From Chthoniobacterales bacterium (GTDB lineage: Bacteria > Verrucomicrobiota > Verrucomicrobiia > Chthoniobacterales > JAFAMB01): a stretch of 64,000 bases of DNA. The translations under genes and the position numbers were made by a program. Positions 43,236 through 53,800 of this stretch are shown in pieces. A model generated the notes under the pieces. It worked only from the letters and a program-made list of their open reading frames with translations, searched no databases and was not told where the DNA came from. The DNA lies in contig DATNNZ010000462.1 in assembly GCA_035601575.1 (NCBI GenBank), positions 1,849 to 65,848 of the forward strand, in the 5' to 3' direction. Position 1 is the first letter of the stretch; each line of letters starts with the position of its first letter.

Positions 43236-43517
43236 CCTCACGCCAAGACGCGAAGAAGAAGAAGAGAAACGCACGCAAAGACGCAAAGGAGCATGAGGAG
43301 GAATATAGAGTTTGGAATTTAGAAGTCGGAAGCCTGCAGACGGTAGGGGCTGTGTCCCGCTAGTTTGAGCGCCTACCTTTTGGGTTGGTGATCGGACATA
43401 GTCAGTTAGATGCCGGGCGTTGTCTGTTCGCGATCCTTCTCCTGATTTCTGAATTCTATATTCTGCATCCCTCCTTTGCGTCTTTGCGTGAGTTTCTCTC
43501 CTTCTTCTCGGCGTGTG
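43236..43517. repeat. MITE-like element bounded by ~50-nt terminal inverted repeats of the CACGCCAAGACGCAAAG family
   Basis: 43236..43292 versus the reverse complement of 43469..43517. A second inner inverted pair (GGAATATAGAGTTTGGAATTTAGAAG / CTGATTTCTGAATTCTATATTC). Fills the whole folP-hisK spacer. Confidence 0.7.
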
Positions 43518-43519
43518 TT

Positions 43520-44320
43520 CTACAGCGGTACCTCGAATCGCTGACGACGTTCAAATCTCAAAACGCTGCGATAGCCAACCTCGATTGCGAGTTTGCGGGC
43601 GAAATCGAAACCCTTTGTCAACTCCGCTGGAGAATGTGCATCGGAATTGATCACGACAGGTATGCCTGCCTGGGCCCCAAGCTCAAGGAATTCGCGTGCC
43701 GGATACATTTCGTTTACGGGTTTTCGCAATCCAGCCGTGTTGATTTCAAATGCGATACCGTGCTGGTGGAGTGCCGCGATGGCCGGCTCATAGTAGCGGC
43801 GCAGGTCCCCGGAAGGACGGTGACCAAATTTTTTTGGCAGGTCTGGGTGCGCGACAAAATCAAACAATTCGGATTCAATGCAGCGAACGTAGTTCGTCCA
43901 ATAAAGATCCCAAATTTCTTCGACGGATTGGTTTTCGAAACGGGAAATATGCTTAGGGTTGTCTACATCCCAACCGGGCCCGATATAGTGGACGCTGCCG
44001 ATCAGGTAGTCCCATTCCTTTTCCCGGGCGAGTTTTTCGATCCACCACTCGAATCCAGAAAGATAGTCGCACTCGAGCCCGAGTCGAACGGTGACTCCGG
44101 CCGATCGAACCTCATCAACGAACTCGAAGTATTTTGGTAATTCCGAATAGTCCATTCGCCAGTCGTCGAATTTTTCCGGCATCGGGTTGTGGTCGGCAAA
44201 TCCGAGTTCCGATAAACCAGTCTGAAGACCAGCTGCGGCAAATTCAGCCGGCGTTCCGACTGCATGATGGCACAGCGGAGTATGGACATGATAGTCGGTA
44301 TGGTCATTTCTCGTACTCAT
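43520..44320 (-). CDS. hisK: Histidinol-phosphatase, PHP (HisJ/HisK) family
   Basis: ..DYHVHTPLCHHA.., PHP-domain His/Asp pattern, 266 aa. Confidence 0.8.
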   Translation of the reverse strand: MSTRNDHTDYHVHTPLCHHAVGTPAEFAAAGLQTGLSELGFADHNPMPEKFDDWRMDYSELPKYFEFVDEVRSAGVTVRLGLECDYLSGFEWWIEKLAREKEWDYLIGSVHYIGPGWDVDNPKHISRFENQSVEEIWDLYWTNYVRCIESELFDFVAHPDLPKKFGHRPSGDLRRYYEPAIAALHQHGIAFEINTAGLRKPVNEMYPAREFLELGAQAGIPVVINSDAHSPAELTKGFDFARKLAIEVGYRSVLRFERRQRFEVPL

Positions 44321-44393
44321 TGGACTAACTGATTTTGGACAGAAAACAGAATAGCGTTGTCCGTCGATCCGGCGTTTTCATAGCATTTGTACT

Positions 44394-44867
44394 ATGAAAA
44401 GATCTCCCCTGATCGGCGCCTTCTTGGCCTTCTTTCTGTTTGCTGGCTGTGCAACTTCGCCCAGTTGGTCAGTTGGCGCCCGTAATATTGTATTGCTTAT
44501 CTGCAAAATCAGCCCGGAACAGCAAAAGGTAGCTGAAGCAAACATCCGCGATTATCAAACGCGAAAACATCAGCCAGCAAAGAGCCGTTATGTCGCGGTT
44601 GACACACTGCGACCAAACAAAAAACAAACCGAAACCTACCTCAAAAAAGTCGCCGCGGAGAAACAGAAAGCGGATTGGAACAAGGAAAAGCTTTCTGATC
44701 GTTGGGTCGAACCGGCCAAACTGCGGTGTGTTATGGTGTTCGACACTGTCTCAAAAGAATTCGTTGGATCTGGTTGTTACGTCGTTGGCGGGATACCGGA
44801 GTTGGGCGACATCGACACCTTCGAGACCTTCAGTGCAGAATACATTGGCTCTGGAAAAGTCGAGTAA
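44394..44867 (+). CDS. Hypothetical lipoprotein
   Basis: Signal peptide with lipobox FLFAGC; 157 aa. Confidence 0.55.
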   Translation: MKRSPLIGAFLAFFLFAGCATSPSWSVGARNIVLLICKISPEQQKVAEANIRDYQTRKHQPAKSRYVAVDTLRPNKKQTETYLKKVAAEKQKADWNKEKLSDRWVEPAKLRCVMVFDTVSKEFVGSGCYVVGGIPELGDIDTFETFSAEYIGSGKVE

Positions 44868-44883
44868 GAAACCGCACGGTTTC
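44868..44883 (+). terminator. Weak candidate terminator hairpin
   Basis: GAAACCGCACGGTTTC immediately after the TAA; no clear U tract. Confidence 0.25.
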
Positions 44884-44950
44884 GTGCGCGTCGGTTGCGC
44901 TCCAGTAGAGAGTGCATCGGGACCGAAGACGGACCAGCGAGAACGCGTCC

Positions 44951-47542
44951 CTACCGCGCCACGAGATTCACAATTCTATTCGGAACAACGACAACTTTAA
45001 CGACGCTTTTGCCGCGCAGGCTGGCTTGAACTTTTGCTGATGTTTGAGCAAGTCGTTCCAAACTTGCTTCATCCAGGTCTTTCGCCACCGTCATCTTATC
45101 GCGCAGTTTCCCGTTCACTTGAATGATCACTTCAACTTCATCTTCGGCCAGGTACTCCTCGTTCCAGGAAGGCCATGGCTGTTTTGAGACCAAGCCCACA
45201 AAGCCGGGAAACCGGCTGCGTAGTTGATGCCAAATTTCCTCGGCCAGATGCGGAGCGAACGGGCTGAGCAGGATCAACAATGTGCGAATGGCCTCCACCG
45301 GTCTCGGTTCAACGTTGGTAAACGCGTTTACACAAATCATCATTTGTGAGATCGCAGTATTGAACGCGAGCGCCTCGATATCCTGGGTTACTTTCTTGAT
45401 CGTCGCATGGACCACTCTTAGCTGCTGCCGGGAAGGTTCGACCTCTCTAAGCGACGACGATGGCTGCCACCTGCCTTCTTGATTCTCCTCCATGGCTAAC
45501 CGCCAGAAGCGTGCGAGAAACCGGTAGACACCTTCGACACCGCTCATGCTCCAGGGTTTGGTTGCTTCCAGCGGACCCATGAACATCTCGTACAAGCGTA
45601 AGGAGTCGGCACCGTACTCGGAGATGATTTCGTCCGGGGTGACCACATTACCTCGGCTCTTCGACATTTTCTGATTATCCTGACCGAGTATCATCCCTTG
45701 ATTTACGAGCCGCTGGAAAGGCTCGATCGTGGAAACGTACCCCAGATCGTAGAGCACCTTGTGCCAGAAACGAGCATACAATAGATGCAGTACGGCATGT
45801 TCGGTGCCGCCCACGTACAGATCGACTCCGCCCGGTTTACCTCCCCCCATCCAGTAGCGTTCGGCAGTGGCATCAGTGAACCGATCCTTGGCGAGTGGCG
45901 CGATATAACGGAGATAGTACCAACACGAACCAGCCCATTGCGGCATCGTGTTCAGTTCTCGGATCGCACCATCAGGGAGTCTCTTCCACTCTTCCGCTTT
46001 GGCGAGCGGTGGATCGGTCGTTCCGGTCGGTCGATAATCTGCCAGCGGCGGAGGTACAACCGGAAGCGAACTTTCGTCGAGAGCTTCGTGATGGCCGTTC
46101 CGCCAAATGATGGGGAACGGTTCGCCCCAGTAACGCTGCCGAGAAAATAACCAGTCGCGCAGTTTGAAATTAATTGAGCGTTTACCAGCGCCCTTTTCTT
46201 CTAACCAATCGATAATTTTTCGTTTCGCGTCGCGCGTGGCCAAGTCGTTCAGAAAATCGGAGTTGACGGAAGTACCTTCACCAGTGAAACAGCCTTCGAC
46301 CGGCGTCAGCGGCTCGAGCACCTTCCGGATCTCGAGCCCAAATTTCTGAGCAAACTCAAAATCACGATCATCATGAGCCGGCACGGCCATGATCGCTCCG
46401 GTCCCATAGCTAGCCAACACATAGTCAGCTACCCAAACGGGAATCTTCTCGTTATTTACCGGATTTCTTACGAAGCCGCCGGTAAAAACACCGGTCTTTT
46501 CTTTGGCCAGATCGGTCCGTTCCAGATCCGACTTGGTGGCTACTTCCTTTTGGTAGGCCTGGACTGCCGGCTTCTGCTCTGGTGACATGAAGATATCAAC
46601 CAGCGGATGCTCCGGCGACAAAACGACGTAGGTAGCGCCGAAGAGCGTGTCTGGCCGAGTGGTAAAGACAGTCACTTTCTCTTTGCGTGCAGGGATCGAA
46701 AAATGAACCTCGGCTCCTTCGCTTCGGCCAATCCAGTTACGCTGCAGCGCCTTAATCGACTCCGGCCAATCGAGCCCCTCCAGTTCGTCGATTAAACGAT
46801 CAGCGTACGCCGTGATGCGAAGCATCCATTGGCGCATCGGGCGGCGGACTACCGGGAAACCGCCTCGCTCGCTCTTGCCGTCAATGACTTCTTCGTTGGC
46901 TAGCACTGTACCAAGCTCCGGACACCAGTTGACCGGAGCCTCGGAAACATAGGCGAGCCGATGTTCATCGAGAAACGCACGAAGTTCATCCGCCGACTCG
47001 TTCGGATGAGAGGCTTTACGCTCGGCTTCCAACTCCGCGATCGGTCTGGCTGCCTTTACCTCCGGATCGAACCAGGCTTTGTACAACTGCAAAAAGATCC
47101 ATTGAGTCCAACGATAATATTCCGGATCGGTTGTGTTAATTTCGCGTTCCCAGTCGTAACTAAATCCGATCTGCTGCAGCTGTTTTTTAAAACGGCTGAC
47201 ATTTTGGACCGTGGCGACTGATGGGTGTTGTCCGGTGTTGATAGCGAACTGCTCGGCCGGCAATCCGAAAGCATCCCAGCCAATCGGGTGCAATACATTA
47301 AAGCCACGCATCCGTTTGTATCGCGCGAGAATATCGGTGGCCGTATACCCTTCTGGGTGCCCAACATGGAGGCCTTCCCCGCTCGGGTAAGGGAACATAT
47401 CCATCACGAAAAACTTAGGCTTTTCGGCATCGAACGACGGCTCTCCGGGATTCGGCACGTGAAAAGTTCGATCTTCCAGCCAGTATTGTTGCCACTTCGG
47501 TTCGAATTCCGGAAATGGAAATTGTTTTCGTCGGTCACTCAT
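44951..47542 (-). CDS. leuS: Leucine--tRNA ligase
   Basis: HVGHPEGY (HIGH) and KMSKS motifs; start set at ATG 47542 ([18 protein letters not shown]). Confidence 0.95.
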   Translation of the reverse strand: MSDRRKQFPFPEFEPKWQQYWLEDRTFHVPNPGEPSFDAEKPKFFVMDMFPYPSGEGLHVGHPEGYTATDILARYKRMRGFNVLHPIGWDAFGLPAEQFAINTGQHPSVATVQNVSRFKKQLQQIGFSYDWEREINTTDPEYYRWTQWIFLQLYKAWFDPEVKAARPIAELEAERKASHPNESADELRAFLDEHRLAYVSEAPVNWCPELGTVLANEEVIDGKSERGGFPVVRRPMRQWMLRITAYADRLIDELEGLDWPESIKALQRNWIGRSEGAEVHFSIPARKEKVTVFTTRPDTLFGATYVVLSPEHPLVDIFMSPEQKPAVQAYQKEVATKSDLERTDLAKEKTGVFTGGFVRNPVNNEKIPVWVADYVLASYGTGAIMAVPAHDDRDFEFAQKFGLEIRKVLEPLTPVEGCFTGEGTSVNSDFLNDLATRDAKRKIIDWLEEKGAGKRSINFKLRDWLFSRQRYWGEPFPIIWRNGHHEALDESSLPVVPPPLADYRPTGTTDPPLAKAEEWKRLPDGAIRELNTMPQWAGSCWYYLRYIAPLAKDRFTDATAERYWMGGGKPGGVDLYVGGTEHAVLHLLYARFWHKVLYDLGYVSTIEPFQRLVNQGMILGQDNQKMSKSRGNVVTPDEIISEYGADSLRLYEMFMGPLEATKPWSMSGVEGVYRFLARFWRLAMEENQEGRWQPSSSLREVEPSRQQLRVVHATIKKVTQDIEALAFNTAISQMMICVNAFTNVEPRPVEAIRTLLILLSPFAPHLAEEIWHQLRSRFPGFVGLVSKQPWPSWNEEYLAEDEVEVIIQVNGKLRDKMTVAKDLDEASLERLAQTSAKVQASLRGKSVVKVVVVPNRIVNLVAR

Positions 47543-47587
47543 TGTCTTCTGGCGCGGGCGGAGCAACTTTGGGGTGCTCTAGTCACG

Positions 47588-48175
47588 ATGCAAACACTTT
47601 TCATTGCGACCGCGAATAGACACAAAACTCAGGAAATCGGGAAAATGTTGGGATCGAATTGGGATGTCCGCGATCTCAGCTCGTTGCCGCATGCGCCAAT
47701 CATCGTGGAAGACGGGCAAACCTTCGAGGCCAATGCTCAAATTAAGGCTATCACAATTTCTAGGATAGTTACTGGGTTGGTGTTGGCCGACGATTCCGGT
47801 TTGCTGGTAGACGCGCTCAATGGTGCGCCCGGGGTTCGATCTGCCCGGTTTGCCGGTCCACAGGCTTCGGATAGCGATAATCGATTCAAATTAATTAGCT
47901 TATTGCGACACTTTCCATCCGGTACTCAATTCCAAGCCAGATTCTGGTGCGCAATGGTATTAGCGAGTCAAGGCGAATTGCTTGGTTCTTTTCGCGGAGC
48001 GGTCGAAGGCGAAGTGATCCCAGCAGAACGCGGTCATGGCGGCTTTGGCTATGATGCCATGTTTATTCCGAAAGGCTATTGGCAAACGTTCGCTGAACTG
48101 CCTCCAGAGATAAAGAATAGCCTGAGCCATCGAGCCCGCGCCTTGGCTCAGGTGGTGGAATTCCTACGAAGCTGA
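47588..48175 (+). CDS. rdgB: dITP/XTP pyrophosphatase (RdgB/HAM1 family)
   Basis: MQTLFIATANRHKTQEI.., ..GFGYDAMF..; the longer ORF-track model overlaps leuS. Confidence 0.85.
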   Translation: MQTLFIATANRHKTQEIGKMLGSNWDVRDLSSLPHAPIIVEDGQTFEANAQIKAITISRIVTGLVLADDSGLLVDALNGAPGVRSARFAGPQASDSDNRFKLISLLRHFPSGTQFQARFWCAMVLASQGELLGSFRGAVEGEVIPAERGHGGFGYDAMFIPKGYWQTFAELPPEIKNSLSHRARALAQVVEFLRS

Positions 48176-48188
48176 GCCATCCGACTGT

Positions 48189-48228
48189 CGCCAAACGCCA
48201 AACGCCGAACGCCAAACGCACGCACGCC
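48189..48228. repeat. Period-7 tract (CGCCAAA type)
   Basis: cgccaaa|cgccaaa|cgccgaa|cgccaaa|cgcacgc|acgcc. Confidence 0.8.
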
Positions 48229-48274
48229 GAGAAGCCACTTGCCATCGACTCGGTTCAAATGTTGACTGGCAACC

Positions 48275-49132
48275 ATGATCGTTGTTACCGGTGGAAGCGG
48301 GAAGGCTGGGCGGGCTTGTATCCAGGATCTGTTGGCTCATCATTATGAAGTCGCCAGTGTCGATCTGGTTCGGTCCGCTGATCCGAATTTGACATTTAGT
48401 CGGGTTGATCTAACGGACTTCGGCCAGACCGTCGCAGCTTTATCGGGTATCGATGAGCGTGTACGCAACGTGACTGCCGTTGTGCATCTGGCGGCCATAC
48501 CGGCGCCGGGACTCGCAACCAATGCGGTTACTTTTGCAACGAATACGATCAGCACCTACAACGTGTTCGAAGCCGCGCGACAGCTGGGGATAAAAAATGT
48601 GGTATGGGCATCGAGCGAAACCGTGCTCGGTCTGCCATTCGAAACGCCGCCGCCTTATGTGCCGATAGACGAAGAATATCCCGGCCGGCCGGAATCCGCT
48701 TATTCGCTTTCGAAATTGGTCGGTGAGGAAATGGCCAAGCAATTTTGCCGCTGGGATCCAGAATTGAAAATTATTGGGCTCCGTTTTTCAAATATTATGG
48801 AGCCGGAAGATTACACCAGATTCCCTGGCTTTCAGGACGACGCGCGCAAGCGTAAATGGAATTGTTGGGGTTACATTGATGCCCGCGATGCGGCACAAGC
48901 CATCCGTCTAGCGCTCGAGTCGAAAATCAAGGGTGCGGAGGTGTTCATCATCGCGAATGCCGACAGCGTAATGGTACGGGACAGCCATGAACTGCTTAAG
49001 AAGGTTTTTCCAGATGTCCCGCACAAACGGTCATTCGCTCCAAACGAAACCTTGCTCTCGATCGATAAGGCGCGGGCGGTTCTTGGCTATAAGCCGAACC
49101 ATAGTTGGCGGGACCACGCGAAACTCGGTTGA
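48275..49132 (+). CDS. NAD-dependent epimerase/dehydratase family protein
   Basis: VTGGSGKAG Rossmann motif, YSLSK catalytic YxxxK. Confidence 0.8.
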   Translation: MIVVTGGSGKAGRACIQDLLAHHYEVASVDLVRSADPNLTFSRVDLTDFGQTVAALSGIDERVRNVTAVVHLAAIPAPGLATNAVTFATNTISTYNVFEAARQLGIKNVVWASSETVLGLPFETPPPYVPIDEEYPGRPESAYSLSKLVGEEMAKQFCRWDPELKIIGLRFSNIMEPEDYTRFPGFQDDARKRKWNCWGYIDARDAAQAIRLALESKIKGAEVFIIANADSVMVRDSHELLKKVFPDVPHKRSFAPNETLLSIDKARAVLGYKPNHSWRDHAKLG

Positions 49133-49223
49133 TCGTCGGAAGCGAACGGTCTGACCAAGCGCGAGTATACCGCTTCGCTCCAGGCTTTTGCGCTAGCTAG
49201 CTTGGATTGCTCGCAAGTCCTCA

Positions 49224-49305
49224 GGCCCGAAGGGCCGGAAGAGCTTAGCCCAAGGCTTCAGCCTGGGTGGCTTTACAATAAACGCGATCAGCTCTGAAGG
49301 GGCGG
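49224..49305. repeat. Third, solitary copy of the ~81-nt repeat seen at 668..748 / 843..923
   Basis: GGCCCGAAGGGCCGGAAGAGCTTAGCCCAAGGCTTCAGCCTGGGTGGC..CTCTGAAGGGGCGG; between convergent genes. Confidence 0.75.
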
Positions 49306-49427
49306 CGCGTATTGATTCTGCTGCTGTTTGGAAAACACAAAGTTTAACAGTCCGTTCCCTTCCTCTCAAGACAGGCTGCAATAAACGTGCGCACCCATAT
49401 CGCGCGTGAGTGAGTTTTGCGGGCTGG

Positions 49428-50642
49428 CTAGTCGTCAGAATTTTCGTTCTCTTGCAGGTGAATGAATCCGAACAATCCGTGCGCTTCGTCAACAATCCCT
49501 GCCGTGAAATACAGCTGGTCTTTGAGAAAGAACAGTGCCCACAGACCATTAAATTCCAGGGGTTGCCCTTTTCGATGCAGAAGCGTGCCCAGAAAAGCCC
49601 CGGAGTGGATGTCGAAAGCGTTGATGTGGCCGTCACCGAAATTGCCGACAAGCAAGATTTCATCATTAAACTTACCAAATTGCTCATGCTCCGGTACTCT
49701 CGCTAAACCCCAAGGAGAGTTGAGCGGACCTGTCATGTCAGTGAACTGTATCAACCGTGTGACAAAGCCGGTATCAGGGCTAAACACGTCAACGAAACCG
49801 TGTCCCGCGCCTCCCACGTCGTCATGCTTTGCACCATTCTGCAAAGCGAAAGTAACATAAAGCAGGTTGTCGATGGTTGCGATACCAAACGGAGCCCATC
49901 CGGGGGACGAAGTGTCAGGGGGTACCGGGGGAAGACTGGGATCGACGAAGGTGGTCACCTTATTGAAACTGCTGTCGAACACATCAACGGTTCCTTTACG
50001 GAAGTTCGTGGCGTAAAGGGTTGGTACGCCGGTCTTGCGGTTCGCAATCGCTAATCCTTTGTACACGTCGTTGATCGTTGGGTCTGGCGAGGAAGGTTTA
50101 ATAATCAAGGTCGCGGTCAGGGGATCGACTCCTGGATTCCAGCCCCAAATTCCCCCATCCTCGCCATCAAAGAGAAATATGGCTGGATTGGTGCTCGACG
50201 GGATTAAAAACGCATTTGTCGCGGGGTTGTTGAAAACAATCCCGGTGGGTGCGGCTGTGGGCGTTGCGGGTGGAGTCGCTGTGTCGACAAGTGTAGGTGG
50301 AAGCGTCACGAAATTCTGTCCTGGCGAGGGGCCCAAAAGCACGGGAGTTCCGTCAGGACGGAAAAGCGTAGAGACTCCGGCACCGTTGTCATTCACCCAG
50401 AAGACCTTCGCTGTCGGGTTGATCACTAACCCCCAGGCATTTACCACATTCGGGTCGGTCCGGTCAGCGACGCCTGCAACGTCGCTCTGCAGATTCTCCC
50501 AATCAAAGAATTTTGCCCTGGCTTGACCATCTTGGTCCTCTGCGTAAGCGCAAGGGAGAACCACCGGCGAAAACTGCAGCCCAGCAAGGGCTAGGGCTAC
50601 TCCAAAAGAGCGGAAGGGAACAGAAACGCGAATCGTTTTCAT
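49428..50642 (-). CDS. Secreted beta-propeller protein, TIGR03118-like
   Basis: Signal peptide from ATG 50642 (MKTIRVSVPFRSFGVALALAG); ..NAWGLVINPTAKVFWVNDNGAGVSTLF..; family name from memory. Confidence 0.5.
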   Translation of the reverse strand: MKTIRVSVPFRSFGVALALAGLQFSPVVLPCAYAEDQDGQARAKFFDWENLQSDVAGVADRTDPNVVNAWGLVINPTAKVFWVNDNGAGVSTLFRPDGTPVLLGPSPGQNFVTLPPTLVDTATPPATPTAAPTGIVFNNPATNAFLIPSSTNPAIFLFDGEDGGIWGWNPGVDPLTATLIIKPSSPDPTINDVYKGLAIANRKTGVPTLYATNFRKGTVDVFDSSFNKVTTFVDPSLPPVPPDTSSPGWAPFGIATIDNLLYVTFALQNGAKHDDVGGAGHGFVDVFSPDTGFVTRLIQFTDMTGPLNSPWGLARVPEHEQFGKFNDEILLVGNFGDGHINAFDIHSGAFLGTLLHRKGQPLEFNGLWALFFLKDQLYFTAGIVDEAHGLFGFIHLQENENSDD

Positions 50643-50807
50643 AAGTCGGGAAGGCTGAAAAGGGGGGCCTGCTGATCGGCGGCTGGCCGCTAGCGACCGC
50701 CTCCTGCCAGAGAGACCGGCCGACCTCCGATTTATTCCCGCAAAACTTAAATCTTTCCGCGAAAAATTCCCCCTGCGTGGGTAAAGGTTTCGAACTAAAC
50801 CTGCAGG

Positions 50808-53800
50808 ATGGGCAGAGATCAGATCACGGAGTTCTGGATCGATCGGGGAGGCACGTTTACCGATATCATTGCGGTTCAACCCGGGGGCCCGCTTCGGACG
50901 CTAAAACTCTTATCCGAAAATCGTGAGCATTACGCCGACGCCGCCGTCGAAGGGATCCGCCGTCTACTCGGGTTGAATGCAGACGACCCGATACCGACGG
51001 CATTGATCCGATCGGTGAAAATGGGAACAACGGTTGCCACCAATGCTCTGCTGGAACGTAAAGGTGAACCGACGGTTCTCGTCGTAAACAAGAATTTACG
51101 AGATGTTCTTCGGATTGGCACCCAACAGCGCCCTCGTTTGTTCGATCTGGAGATTAAACTGCCTACACCGGTTTATGAGCGAATAATTGAAGTTTCCGGC
51201 CGGTTTTCGGTGGAAGGAATCGAGTTGGAGCAGTTGGATGAGCAGCAAACCGAGAATGTTTTGAGAGAAGCTTTTGCCGCTGGTTTTCGCGCGGTAGCCA
51301 TAGCGCTCATGCATAGTTTCCGTTTTCCTCAGCATGAGTTACGCATCGCTGATATCGCTCGCAGAATCGGGTTCTCCCAGGTCTCCCTAAGCCATGAAGT
51401 AAGCCAATTGATTAAGCTCGTTCCCCGTGGAGAGACAACTTTGGTCGACGCGTACCTCTCGCCGGTGCTGCACCACTACGTTGATCGCGTTCAGCAGGCG
51501 TTGCCACACGTGCCGATCTTTTTCATGCAATCGAACGGTGGTTTAGCGAGCGCTGCACAGTTTCGCGGCAAAGACGCCATTCTCTCCGGGCCGGCCGGTG
51601 GAATGGTCGGGGCGGTCAGAGTCGCCGAACAGGCCGGTTCTCAAAAAATCGTGGGATTCGATATGGGAGGCACATCAACCGATGTGACTCATTTCGCTGG
51701 CCAATACGAGCGCCGTTTCGAGTCAGAGATTGCCGGTGTACGCCTTCGAGTTCCGATGCTGCATATCCATACCGTAGCCGCCGGAGGCGGCTCGGTCTGC
51801 CGATTTGCCGGCGACCGGTTTCAAGTAGGTCCGGAAAGTGCCGGAGCGGATCCCGGGCCGGCCTGCTACCGAAAAGGCGGTCCGCTCACGGTCACGGACT
51901 GCAATTTGTCGCTGGGACGGATTCAACCGCGGTTCTTTCCGACGATCTTTGGATCAACCGGTGATCAGCCGCTCGATCGGCTGGCAGCGGAATCGCGGTT
52001 AAATCAAGTAGCCGAGGTGACGGGCCGGTCCCGGGAGCAGGTGGCTGAAGGTTTCTTGCGCATCGCGGTGGAAAGCATGGCCAACGCCATCAAAGAGATT
52101 TCAGTCGCTCGCGGTTACGACCTCAGCGATCACACGCTGGTCAGCTTTGGTGGGGCTGGTGGGCAACATGCCTGCGCCATCGCTGATGCGTTGTCGATAA
52201 GCCAAATATTGATCCATCCGCTGGCCGGACTGCTTTCCGCCTACGGAATTGGTACGGCCGATCTACGTTTCCTTCGCGAGAGCTCGATCGAAGCAAATCT
52301 GGATCTGAACAGCTTCCGGTTTACTCGAAAACGGCTCGATGAGTTGGAAGCAGAGGCCAGAGCGGGAATCGAACAGCAGGGTGCCACCCCGGACCGTGTT
52401 AGCCGGCGGATCCACGTGCGCTATCAGGGCACCGACACGGCATTAATCGTGGATGATTCTCCATTGGAACAGCTAACCGCCGCATTCGCTACTGCGCATC
52501 AGAACTTTTTCGGTTTCACGATGCAGGATCGAGCACTGGCCATCGAGGCCGTTTCAGTCGAGGCCATCAGCCAAGGCGCTGCCGTCTCTTTTGACGGCTT
52601 ACCGGTTCCAGCATCCGAGCTGCCGGCTGACGAAATGTCGGTATTCCTTTCTGGTGAGTGGAGAAGCACGCCGGTTTGGAAGCGAGATGAAATCGGTTTT
52701 GGTACAAAACTGGAAGGACCCGCTTTGATAGTGGAACCGCACGCCACGACCGTGCTCGAGGTCGGTTGGCGTGCGGAGATAACCCGCGAAAGGAATCTCG
52801 TTCTTACCAGGGCGCTTCCGCGATCGACGCGGATCGAGGTCGGGACGAAGGCAGACCCGGTCCAGCTTGAGCTTTTTCACAATCTATTTTTCTCAGTTGC
52901 CGAACAGATGGGCGCGGTCATTCGCAACACCGCTTATTCCGTCAACATTAAAGAAAGGCTCGACTATTCCTGTGCACTATTTGATGCGGACGGCCAGCTC
53001 GTCGCTAATGCGCCGCATATGCCAGTTCATCTCGGTTCGATGGGAACTGCGGTCCGATCGATCATCGAACGAAGAAAAAATAATATCCGCAGAGGCGATA
53101 GCTTTGCGCTGAACGACCCGTTCCGCGGCGGTACTCATCTCCCGGATATTACGGTGATTTCGCCCGTGTTTAGCAGCGGAGATCGGCCGCTATTCTGGGT
53201 AGCCAGTCGCGGTCATCACGCTGACGTTGGCGGTTTGACTCCAGGCTCGATGCCGCCCTCCAGCAGAACAATCAACGAGGAGGGGATCTTGATCGATGAC
53301 TTGTTATTGGTGCGATCTGGCCAATTCCGGGAAAAAGAGTTGTGCGAAAAATTTACGACCGGTCCTTCTCCGGTTCGCAACCTGGCGCAGAACCTTGGCG
53401 ATATTCACGCCCAACTGGCCGCCAATCAAAAGGGGATCATCCTCATGCTTGAAATCGTGGAGCGTTATGGAGGTGAGGTCGTGCGTGCTTACATGGACCA
53501 CATCCGGCAGAACGCGGCGGAACAAGTGCGCCGGACTATCGATCGTCTAACACCGGGAACATTTCTGCTCCCGATGGATTGCGGCGCTCAGATTCAGGTT
53601 GCGATTACGGTCGATCGTGAATCGCGTTCGGCTCGAATCGATTTCACCGGCACATCGGCTCAACTAGCAAACAACTTTAATGCGCCCTCCGCGATCGTTC
53701 GCGCGGCTGTGTTGTACGTCTTTCGCACACTGATTCGCGAGCCAATTCCGCTCAACGATGGATGTTTGGAGCCGATCGACATAAAAATCCCGGCCGGTTC

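Noticed and set aside
43227-43286. 20-codon N-terminal extension of folP (MRLCVRFSSSSSRLGVRFFP)
   Set aside because: It is encoded by the CACGCCAAGACGCAAAG repeat read in reverse. FolP homology starts at ATG 43226.
43385-44140. 251-aa ORF antisense to the PHP histidinol phosphatase gene
   Set aside because: It is a shadow ORF opposite a well-supported gene with no recognisable motifs. Long antisense stop-free frames are expected at this GC content. The same reasoning applies to 11896..12696 (antisense to LysR), 31093..31671 (antisense to fpg), and 27263..27880 and 28321..28935 (alternate frames of real genes).
47225-47587. Long 5' extension of the rdgB ORF (47225..48175)
   Set aside because: It lies entirely antisense within the leuS coding sequence. 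RdgB homology begins at ATG 47588.
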